Below, one piece after another: positions 52,053-59,923 of a stretch of 64,000 bases of DNA. The notes under the pieces are model-generated. The model searched no databases, had not been told where the DNA came from, and saw only the letters and a program-made list of their open reading frames with translations. Within the stretch, counting starts at the first letter, position 1, and the number at the start of each line of letters is the position of its first letter. This stretch comes from a virus. The stretch spans positions 14,497-78,496 of the IMG/VR virus record IMGVR_UViG_3300005264_000255. The stretch is one strand, 5' to 3'. A program made the position numbers and the translations under genes.

Positions 52053-52904
52053 TTATATTGTTTTCATAGTCTTTTGTTTAGCTAGTGTAAGTCTAGCTGC
52101 ATCACTAACATTCCAACTAAGATCCTCTATAAGTACATCTAGTCCATAACCTAATTTAGCTACTGTTTCTCTAACCTTAGGACTTTTATCCCGTATAAGT
52201 ATATCTAATCCATATGAATGTTTAGCTACTATTTTTCTAATCTCTGGATGGTAATGATTTATAAGTATGTCTAATCGGTATCCGCGTTCGGCAAGTACTG
52301 TGAGTACTTCAATACTGTTATCATTAATCAGTATATCTAAACCATAACCATATTTAGCAACTGTCGCTCTTACTGTTTCATGTTTATCATTAACTAGTAT
52401 ATCTAAACCATAACCCTTACTAGCTATTAAGACTCTAATGGGTACATTAGTATCATTAATCAATATATCCAACCCATAATCCTGTAAGGCTACTGAGTAG
52501 CGTACAATCCATGATGAGTCATGAATTAATACAGATAGACCAAAACCTGTATCGGCTACCGTACGCCTAACAGCAACTGCCTTATCCTGTATCAGTAGTT
52601 CTCGATAATAATGATGTCTAGCTACTAACATACGAACTTCTGTAACTTTACTTTTGACAAGCTTATCCCAATCTACATTTTCTTCTATGAAGTAAGTCGA
52701 AACAGCTAATAAAACCTTACTTTTATATTCCTCTAAATCGTCTAATGTAATTACTCTATCATCCAATAAATCTGTAATGTCTCTAGGTAGATATAACTCA
52801 TTATCCATAAACTCTTGCACTGAATACATCTTCCCATTTGTAGCTATATATTTACCCAGTATATAGATAGGTTTTTTATTCATTAGGTTATCTACAATTT
52901 GCAT
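52053..52904 (-). CDS. HEAT/LRV-like 22-aa repeat protein
   Basis: About nine repeats of GYGLDILxNDxxxxVRxxVAxx. Confidence 0.75.
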   Translation of the reverse strand: MQIVDNLMNKKPIYILGKYIATNGKMYSVQEFMDNELYLPRDITDLLDDRVITLDDLEEYKSKVLLAVSTYFIEENVDWDKLVKSKVTEVRMLVARHHYYRELLIQDKAVAVRRTVADTGFGLSVLIHDSSWIVRYSVALQDYGLDILINDTNVPIRVLIASKGYGLDILVNDKHETVRATVAKYGYGLDILINDNSIEVLTVLAERGYRLDILINHYHPEIRKIVAKHSYGLDILIRDKSPKVRETVAKLGYGLDVLIEDLSWNVSDAARLTLAKQKTMKTI

Positions 52905-52920
52905 ATTTATCCTTTATATG

Positions 52921-52951
52921 TTATAACATAACCGAAATGGTTATGTTATAA
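52921..52951. terminator. 13-bp-stem hairpin
   Basis: TTATAACATAACC-GAAAT-GGTTATGTTATAA. Confidence 0.65.
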
Positions 52952-52955
52952 TTGA

Positions 52956-53192
52956 TTAATGAAATCTCTTATGATTACTTTCTCTCCAAATTTTAAAATT
53001 ATTACCATAAGTAATAATAATTCTTTTAGCTAGTCTAATGCCGAAGGTACCTGATAGTAATGTATTACTCTTTTTTAATTGTATACCTCTAGCCATTGAA
53101 GCAGGTCTTATCGTATTATTTGCGAACATATCCATAACAAATTTACGTACTTCTACTAAATCCACTACCTCCGTTGTAGCCTCTGACTCCAT
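52956..53192 (-). CDS. Hypothetical protein
   Basis: 78 aa; overlaps the thyX 3' end. Confidence 0.55.
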   Translation of the reverse strand: MESEATTEVVDLVEVRKFVMDMFANNTIRPASMARGIQLKKSNTLLSGTFGIRLAKRIIITYGNNFKIWRESNHKRFH

Positions 53193-54154
53193 ACCATAAC
53201 CTCTTTTATAAAAATTTTCATAACTTTATTGGGAGTGTTATCAATAATATCCTGTAATTCATCCCGTAAGTTACTATTAAATAACATTTTATCTATAAGT
53301 TTATCTAATCCAGTTTTAATGGTTGTATCTTTAGTAAATATATATTTACCTTTACCTGTATATATAAGAAATCTAAATGACTTTATGTTTTTTAAGTAAT
53401 GATATATCCTATAATTAGATTGGAATATACTATCTACATATAAGAATTTATGTTCTAATGGTAATTGTTTAAATAAACACATAGCTAAATCTTGTATTTC
53501 TAATAAAGCACTCTTAGAACTTCTTAAGGTTAAGAGGTTTTGTAAACTTCTAGCATTTATAGTATATACCAATTTTGTAAGAAAAGACTCTGGTATGTTA
53601 TACTTAGCTATGTCATTACTTGTTTTCATTCTTAAGTTAAATCTTAATTGCTCTAACATCTCTATACTAGTTACATCAGTTAGGTCATTACCAACAAAGT
53701 AAAGATAATGTTGTGCTCTCATGATTTCATCTTCTTCTAATTGGCATTTAAAACTATAAACATCTTTGAAGCTTTCGTCCTCAGGGTTATAACCTACCTC
53801 TGTAGGATTAATAAGTGTTGGTGTTATAAATCTATCAACTCTACTCTTAAATGGTTTTTCATGGATTAATTTATTACTTAAAGTATATCTACTAGATTCA
53901 ACACTAAGACTAGCGATACGATGTCTTGCCAACTCTTGTATAGCAGCTCGACTTAAATCATTAATAGTAAATGTATAAACAAGATGTTCTACAGTACTAC
54001 CATGTTTAAATTGATTAACAACCCTATCTAACCTACCTAAGTCTACTTCATCCTTTTGTTTATCCCAACAAGTACCAACAGCTCTATCTGCTATTGCTAT
54101 ATCTGTATTACTTAATAAACATACACTATGTTTACTTCTTCTAAATTTGCTCAC
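53165..54154 (-). CDS. thyX: Flavin-dependent thymidylate synthase
   Basis: H.S.VEH, SR...QELARHRIASLSVESSRY and NARSL.N...LR motifs; extra C-terminal ~85 aa. Confidence 0.92.
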   Translation of the reverse strand: MSKFRRSKHSVCLLSNTDIAIADRAVGTCWDKQKDEVDLGRLDRVVNQFKHGSTVEHLVYTFTINDLSRAAIQELARHRIASLSVESSRYTLSNKLIHEKPFKSRVDRFITPTLINPTEVGYNPEDESFKDVYSFKCQLEEDEIMRAQHYLYFVGNDLTDVTSIEMLEQLRFNLRMKTSNDIAKYNIPESFLTKLVYTINARSLQNLLTLRSSKSALLEIQDLAMCLFKQLPLEHKFLYVDSIFQSNYRIYHYLKNIKSFRFLIYTGKGKYIFTKDTTIKTGLDKLIDKMLFNSNLRDELQDIIDNTPNKVMKIFIKEVMVWSQRLQRR

Positions 54155-54701
54155 AAATAACTCCTAATTTTTTTAATAACGGTATACTTGACATATCGCT
54201 ATTTTCTTTTTCATAATATATCTTCGTTATACCCATAGTAACTAATATCCTACTATAACGCTTACTAGGTGCTATAGTAGTATATATTGTACTATCGTTT
54301 ATTTTTACATTATTCATTATAATGTTACCTATCATGTTCTCTTCAGCATGTAAGTAATGATCCTCACTTGCTAAATACTTATTACGATAAATGTAATATG
54401 CAGTAAAATCATTAATCGACATCTTATCCTGTAAACAGTGGTGTCGATCTCTATACATAGTTTCAGTATCCTTACCTGTTTTATCTATGATTTCCATATC
54501 GTTTATTCTTAACTGTTCTTTACAACGAGTACATTTTATAACATAGTCTTCACAATCATTATCTACATAACCCTTAGGCGTTCCATTAACACCACTAGCT
54601 ATTATACATTTATCTTTAACTAATACACATCCAACATGATGTTTATTAGACTTACTTTGTAAAGATAACGTCCTAGCTACCTCCATAAAATTACTATTCA
54701 T
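54141..54701 (-). CDS. dCMP deaminase-fold protein lacking the PCxxC zinc cysteines
   Basis: VGCVLVKD..IIASGVNGTP.G...C and HAEEN motifs; PSKRY in place of PCxxC; CxxC-containing insert. Confidence 0.7.
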   Translation of the reverse strand: MNSNFMEVARTLSLQSKSNKHHVGCVLVKDKCIIASGVNGTPKGYVDNDCEDYVIKCTRCKEQLRINDMEIIDKTGKDTETMYRDRHHCLQDKMSINDFTAYYIYRNKYLASEDHYLHAEENMIGNIIMNNVKINDSTIYTTIAPSKRYSRILVTMGITKIYYEKENSDMSSIPLLKKLGVICEQI

Positions 54702-54761
54702 TTATTTTCCTTTTAACATTTATATTCATATAAGTAATATGTTTTTATAAACATATCGACA

Positions 54762-55106
54762 CTAATAAGGTAAATATTCCCTTACATCGGTATGTGAAGA
54801 ACTATCATCTATAATCAATATCTGTTTTATACCCAGATATTTCAATAAATCATAGTAACGAGTACTAGGTTCAGATGTTGATAAAACTATACCATCTTTT
54901 AGAGATATATGTCTTAATATTGTAGTACTTAACATATTCTCTTCAGCATGTATAGTATGGGTTAAATCACTACCTATAGAGGCTGAGTTACTATTAACTC
55001 CTGTACCAATAATCTCATCTTCTTTTAAAACTAAACAAGCATGAGATTCTTTACAATCACTAAGTTTTTGTAATGTTTTTAACAATACGATTTCTTTAGC
55101 ATACAT
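54762..55106 (-). CDS. Second, minimal deaminase-fold protein lacking PCxxC
   Basis: ACLVLK...IIGTGVN, HAEEN, EPSTRY and LGIK motifs. Confidence 0.65.
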   Translation of the reverse strand: MYAKEIVLLKTLQKLSDCKESHACLVLKEDEIIGTGVNSNSASIGSDLTHTIHAEENMLSTTILRHISLKDGIVLSTSEPSTRYYDLLKYLGIKQILIIDDSSSHTDVREYLPY

Positions 55107-55129
55107 ATCTTATTCCTTTTAAAAATATA

Positions 55130-55172
55130 TTTAACTATAATATTTAACTATAGTCTATATAAGTAATATATA
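55130..55172 (-). promoter_or_regulatory. Early promoter plus leader hairpin for the deaminase-thyX operon
   Basis: Minus strand TATATTAC-TTATATA-GACTATAGT-TAAAT-ATTATAGTT. Confidence 0.7.
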
Positions 55173-55311
55173 AGTGAGTTACTATGGAGGTTTACTAAAA
55201 TCATCATAGTCATATCATATCAAGATGTTAACATAGTTTATACCTATTATATTTTTTTACTCTAACTATAGTTACTATATATTTTATTTATCTTATAAGT
55301 AATATTTTTTT

Positions 55312-55332
55312 TATATATATATATATATATAT
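55312..55332. repeat. (TA)n microsatellite in an AT-rich tract
   Basis: About ten TA units preceded by a T run. Confidence 0.8.
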
Positions 55333-55427
55333 CACATAGTGATAACTTAGTTATAAATTACTTAGTTATTTATATCTTATATTTACTTATTTATCTTAGA
55401 TGGTTAGCTATTGATTATGTGCATGCT

Positions 55428-55642
55428 CCCACCCCCACCCCCTAGGGGTTTATTCACTTTGCCCAACTCCCGAATCGGGTAGTGTTGGCTCCCTAGTAAT
55501 CCACCGCATAACGCTCCACCAACATACCCATCTTGCGATAGGTATGCAGGCTTCACTGGCAGTGGATGTAGAACGGGACGCACTCCTAGTTAGGTGCTAA
55601 ACTAAAAGTGTACGCAACAATAACAGGTCATGATAAATTCAA
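55428..55642 (-). ncRNA. Candidate structured non-coding RNA (multi-branch, about 160-210 nt) ending in a G-run
   Basis: GC-rich island with no ORF; nested helices contain G-U wobbles and a GCAA tetraloop only when read on the minus strand; downstream G5TG5TG3. Confidence 0.55.
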
Positions 55643-55731
55643 AGTTTGTATTGTATTTAGATACTTAAAGTCTTTCTACATTTCAGACAAATGATGTCGT
55701 TTATATTTTTATTTGATAAAAAGGAAAATAA

Positions 55732-57852
55732 ATGATTTTATTCTATGAAGATTGGTATAGTGATTCACATCGTTTAGCTATACCAGACACTAAAACAAAA
55801 AATAAGTCTTTCTTAAGAATGGCTGGGATATTTAAAAGGATGGGTGTTAAGAATCACCTGTTTCTATTAGCTCTACATCACCCTGAATTACAAGGTGTAG
55901 ATCCACATAGTTCCGATTTAACTAAAGAACAGAAACTATTAATAGGTAAAGAAGTTAAGGAAAATCCATGGTACTTCTTTAGAGAAGTGTTAAGAGTACC
56001 ACCTCCAGCAGGTAGTCGACCTATTTCACTAACTGCTAACAGAGCTAATATAGCAGTAATATGGTTATCGTTAGTACATGTAACCAGTTACCTTATACAA
56101 CCTAGACAAACTGGTAAATCTTTAATTGGTAATGCCATAGATGCCTATTCGTTAAACATAGCCTGTGTTAACACTTATGTATATTTATTAACTAAAGATG
56201 ATAAACTTCGCTCTAAGACAGCAGTTGCCATTAGAGACCTTATAGAAGGTTTACCTCATTATTTACAAATAATGAATAAAAAAGATATTAAGAATACTGA
56301 GAAGATTACAGTTAAAGCTTTACAAAATGAATTTACTATATCTGTAGGTCAGAAGGATAAGAAAGCGGCTGATAATATTGGTCGTGGTGAAACTATTCCT
56401 ATAGTAAGAATAGATGAGTTTGGTTATATATTTAATATAGAAACAAGCTTACCTGTTTTATTAGCAGCCACTACGGCAGCTAGAGAAGAAGCTAAGCGAC
56501 AGAATGCACCTCACTATACCATGTTTACAACTACACCAGGGAAGTTAAATAGTCCAGATGGTAGATTTGCTTACAGTGTATATAAAGAGTCTCTAAGATG
56601 GTCTGAGAAGTATTATGATGTTAAAGATGAAGATGGTATTAATCTAGTATTAGAAAAGAATTCTAATAGCTTTAAAGTTATGTTATTGGAATTTAATCAT
56701 AGACAACTAGGTGTTACTGATAAATGGTTACTAGATAGAATGTCTATAGCATTAGCTAAAGGTGAAAATGCTGAATCTGATTATTTAAATAAGTGGATTA
56801 ATGGTAATGTTACTGCACCTATACCTAAACAGTTTATAGAGTTAATTGTAAACAGTAAAATAAATGAACCTAATCCACAAATTACGAAATATGGATATGT
56901 ACTTAATTGGTATATTAATCAGTCAGCTATTCATGAGATTAAGACATCTGGGTTTATAGTATTTGGTTTAGATACATCTGATGCTTTAGGTGGTAAGTCT
57001 GATGGTATTGGATTAGTAGGTAGAGATAGTCGTACTAGTAAGGTAGTGTGTGGTGGTAGCTATAACGAAACAAACCTTTCCATCTTTGCAGATTTCTTAG
57101 TAGAGTTATTAGAAGAGTTTCCTAGATCATTACTTATACCAGAAAGAAGAAGTTCTGCTAGTGCTATCCTAGATCACATGTTTAGAATTATGGTAGTTAA
57201 AAGAATGAATCCTTTTAAAAGAATCTTTAACAGCATTGTAACTAAGTTATTGGATAACGATATAACTAATAAGTTATTATCTGGAGTACCAACATTATTA
57301 ACATTAGAGAAATATAAGAAAACATTTGGTTTTGCTACTAGTGGCGGTGGTGAGAATTCTAGAGGTTTACTATATGGTAATGTATTCAGAGCTTCGTTTA
57401 CATACGCAGCAGATAAGGTACATGACCCTGTACTAATACATCAGTTAACTAGTTTAAAAATAGTTAATAACAGAATTGATCATGACTCTGGTGAACATGA
57501 CGATATGGTTATTGGTTGGTTGTTAGGTTACTATGTTTTACAGTATGGTAAGAATACTCATATATATGGACTAACTAACAATCTGAAACTTAATTCAGTT
57601 ATTGATTTAGAATTAACTATTAATAATCCTGATATAGATAAGAAAGTTATTATGAAACAAGTAAGACTTAAGGATGAAGCTGAATTCTATCTACAAAAAC
57701 TTAGAGGAGCTAAGAATGAATCCATAGGTACTAAACTATTGACTAAGATTAACTTTATACGCAGTAAGATAGATTATAAGATAATTACTAATTTAAATAT
57801 AGAATCGTTATTAGAAGACATTAAAATGTATAGAAAATTAAAAAAGAAATAA
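55732..57852 (+). CDS. terL: Terminase large subunit (phiKZ gp25-like)
   Basis: NPWYFFRE; Walker A QPRQTGKS; Walker B IDE; FTTT coupling motif; nuclease GLDTSDA and RIDH....HDD motifs. Confidence 0.92.
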   Translation: MILFYEDWYSDSHRLAIPDTKTKNKSFLRMAGIFKRMGVKNHLFLLALHHPELQGVDPHSSDLTKEQKLLIGKEVKENPWYFFREVLRVPPPAGSRPISLTANRANIAVIWLSLVHVTSYLIQPRQTGKSLIGNAIDAYSLNIACVNTYVYLLTKDDKLRSKTAVAIRDLIEGLPHYLQIMNKKDIKNTEKITVKALQNEFTISVGQKDKKAADNIGRGETIPIVRIDEFGYIFNIETSLPVLLAATTAAREEAKRQNAPHYTMFTTTPGKLNSPDGRFAYSVYKESLRWSEKYYDVKDEDGINLVLEKNSNSFKVMLLEFNHRQLGVTDKWLLDRMSIALAKGENAESDYLNKWINGNVTAPIPKQFIELIVNSKINEPNPQITKYGYVLNWYINQSAIHEIKTSGFIVFGLDTSDALGGKSDGIGLVGRDSRTSKVVCGGSYNETNLSIFADFLVELLEEFPRSLLIPERRSSASAILDHMFRIMVVKRMNPFKRIFNSIVTKLLDNDITNKLLSGVPTLLTLEKYKKTFGFATSGGGENSRGLLYGNVFRASFTYAADKVHDPVLIHQLTSLKIVNNRIDHDSGEHDDMVIGWLLGYYVLQYGKNTHIYGLTNNLKLNSVIDLELTINNPDIDKKVIMKQVRLKDEAEFYLQKLRGAKNESIGTKLLTKINFIRSKIDYKIITNLNIESLLEDIKMYRKLKKK

Positions 57853-57861
57853 CTATTAAAT

Positions 57862-57891
57862 ACATAACAACGGAATATTCCGTTGTTATGT
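57862..57891. terminator. Perfect 30-bp palindrome between convergent genes
   Basis: ACATAACAACGGAATATTCCGTTGTTATGT. Confidence 0.7.
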
Positions 57892-59213
57892 TAGTCCATG
57901 AGTTCAGATAGAGCCTGTCTTATTTGTGGTAGCTTACTAGGATCATCTAACGCAGCAATACACCAATTTAATTTTTCATTACGTGATTTCCCATCCTCTT
58001 TTTGAGTTGAGTATCTGTCAGACATATTCTTCGTGTATCCATGTTGATTAATCTGATTAACCTGTGGGTAATCAGGATGATCGAAAATTGGTTGTCTAGT
58101 AAATCCTGCCATCTCCCGACTAATATTAACCATATCAGCTACTCCATTGACGTAATTTGAAATATCATAAACATCATACTGTCCTTGTGGGCGAAAACCT
58201 CGTTGTGATTGATACGGTTGAAATCTATTATAACTATTTTGTTGTCGGTGAGGCTGATATTGTTGACCATGTTGAATTTTAGCTTTATACATATCTTTAG
58301 CAACTATCATTTCCAACATATATATAAACTCTTCCATATTCAGTTCTGAACTATAGTCGAAGTCTCCTATAGTAGGAGCTGTTAAAAATCTGTCGAATTG
58401 ATCTTCATTAAATACAGGATTATTTGGAGATAATAACCCTGCTTTAAATAACTTAAACCCAATAACAAGCTCATCAAGATCACCTCCTGTAGTTAATGGT
58501 ATTATTGCATTTATAACACAATGACCATGTGGTATATGGGTATTAAAGGAAGAATCAGGTGTCTTACTATATATTATAAGAGTTTCATCAGCTACGTTTA
58601 TTGCAAACATGTATCTTTGGTTATTAAACGGTTTAGTGTTGAAACGACTTTCATTAGGTAAAAATGTACGACCTATAAAAATATCAGCTGGGTTAGCATT
58701 TACTTGAAATTCATTAGACATTTTTGTTTCTTTTTTATATTCATCATTATTAGATGTAATGTAATCAGCTAAGTTTATAAATGTTTTAACATTTTTTATA
58801 ATGTCTAAGTAATCAATTTTATCTAACATATCATATGTAAATTTTATGATATCGCCAGTCTGACTATCATGAATTACTATTACTTTATCGTCAATAGCGT
58901 GTGCTAAATTTTCTTTAGTCCCTTTATCCCTATGTATTTTATTTAAAATGATATTATCTTTTAAAGAGAAACGTTTAGAATAGTCAAATATATACGCAAT
59001 ACTATATATACGATCATCTATTGTAGGATCTTCTGATGTCAAAACTAGGATACCTCCTTTTGTATCATTTAAGTTTTCTACGAATATAATAGACTTATCT
59101 TCAACTAGACTATTATACCCAGATGATAATTCAGCTGTAGTTAAAATACTACCTAACTCCAACCCCAACCCTTGTTTACTTTTACTTGTTTCATTTTTTG
59201 TATTTAAACCCAT
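57891..59213 (-). CDS. Hypothetical early protein with a Q-rich segment
   Basis: 440 aa; AAGGA RBS; downstream of a TATATTAC promoter. Confidence 0.65.
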   Translation of the reverse strand: MGLNTKNETSKSKQGLGLELGSILTTAELSSGYNSLVEDKSIIFVENLNDTKGGILVLTSEDPTIDDRIYSIAYIFDYSKRFSLKDNIILNKIHRDKGTKENLAHAIDDKVIVIHDSQTGDIIKFTYDMLDKIDYLDIIKNVKTFINLADYITSNNDEYKKETKMSNEFQVNANPADIFIGRTFLPNESRFNTKPFNNQRYMFAINVADETLIIYSKTPDSSFNTHIPHGHCVINAIIPLTTGGDLDELVIGFKLFKAGLLSPNNPVFNEDQFDRFLTAPTIGDFDYSSELNMEEFIYMLEMIVAKDMYKAKIQHGQQYQPHRQQNSYNRFQPYQSQRGFRPQGQYDVYDISNYVNGVADMVNISREMAGFTRQPIFDHPDYPQVNQINQHGYTKNMSDRYSTQKEDGKSRNEKLNWCIAALDDPSKLPQIRQALSELMD

Positions 59214-59247
59214 GACATATCCTTTGCCTTATTCAGGACTCTTTAAT

Positions 59248-59292
59248 TTTTAACTATAATAAGTAACTATAGTCTATATGAGTAATATATAT
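59248..59292 (-). promoter_or_regulatory. Early promoter plus leader hairpin
   Basis: Minus strand TATATTAC-TCATATA-GACTATAGT-TACTT-ATTATAGTT. Confidence 0.7.
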
Positions 59293-59320
59293 GTAAAAAA
59301 GAAATAGAGTAAAAAAGTAA

Positions 59321-59350
59321 ATAACTATACAGGAAAACCTGTATAGTTAT
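59321..59350. terminator. 13-bp-stem hairpin
   Basis: ATAACTATACAGG-AAAA-CCTGTATAGTTAT; same arm sequence as the 28579 hairpin. Confidence 0.7.
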
Positions 59351-59354
59351 AGTT

Positions 59355-59765
59355 TTATTTAAATGTTGGCAGCATATCCATTATTTCACTAACAGTCATA
59401 TCAGCAAGTGCATCTTTACTAGTATCATAGTATTTACCCCATACAGCATCAGACCAAGCTACATAAGCTTCTTTATTACTAGCAAACTTACAAGCATGCT
59501 CTATATTTTGGAAACCATTAGCTACAGCTTGTGTATTTAGCAACTTAGTGATACCCTCTTGACAAGCGTCAGTCTTTTCAACAGACATCTTAACTTGCAT
59601 AGCATCCCATTCATCTTTATCCCATTTAGAAATAACTATATGGTCTTCAGGTAGTTTATCTTCAATGTCTGTTTCTAAACATTCCATTACCATCATATCA
59701 TCATCATCAATGACCATATTCTCTTCATCTAAATTTTCTACTGGTGTATATTGTACTACTAACAT
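59355..59765 (-). CDS. Acidic hypothetical protein; C-terminus resembles tail-fibre-assembly/DUF4376-like domains
   Basis: A..NGF.NI..AC.FA....Y..W.D.VW...Y....LP pattern. Confidence 0.4.
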   Translation of the reverse strand: MLVVQYTPVENLDEENMVIDDDDMMVMECLETDIEDKLPEDHIVISKWDKDEWDAMQVKMSVEKTDACQEGITKLLNTQAVANGFQNIEHACKFASNKEAYVAWSDAVWGKYYDTSKDALADMTVSEIMDMLPTFK

Positions 59766-59812
59766 TTGTACCTCTTTTTATTTAATTTGGAGTTCATATA
59801 AATATAAACACT

Positions 59813-59848
59813 TATATGTATTTATATATGTATTTATATATGTATTTA
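59813..59848 (+). repeat. Three tandem copies of a 12-bp unit
   Basis: TATATGTATTTA x3, intergenic. Confidence 0.8.
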
Positions 59849-59923
59849 CTATAACTCATATGAATATATAGACATATAAGTTATAATCTTGTTATTTCAT
59901 TAAAATAAATTTATATCTTTCAC

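Noticed and set aside
52100-52640. DGR template/variable repeat or DNA-level repeat array
   Set aside because: Similarity is explained by protein repeats; differences are not adenine-specific and no reverse transcriptase is present in the window.
55428-55642. tRNA, tmRNA, RNase P RNA or group I intron
   Set aside because: No cloverleaf with T-loop and CCA, no tag ORF, no RNase P P4 consensus and no interrupted gene; left as an unknown structured element.
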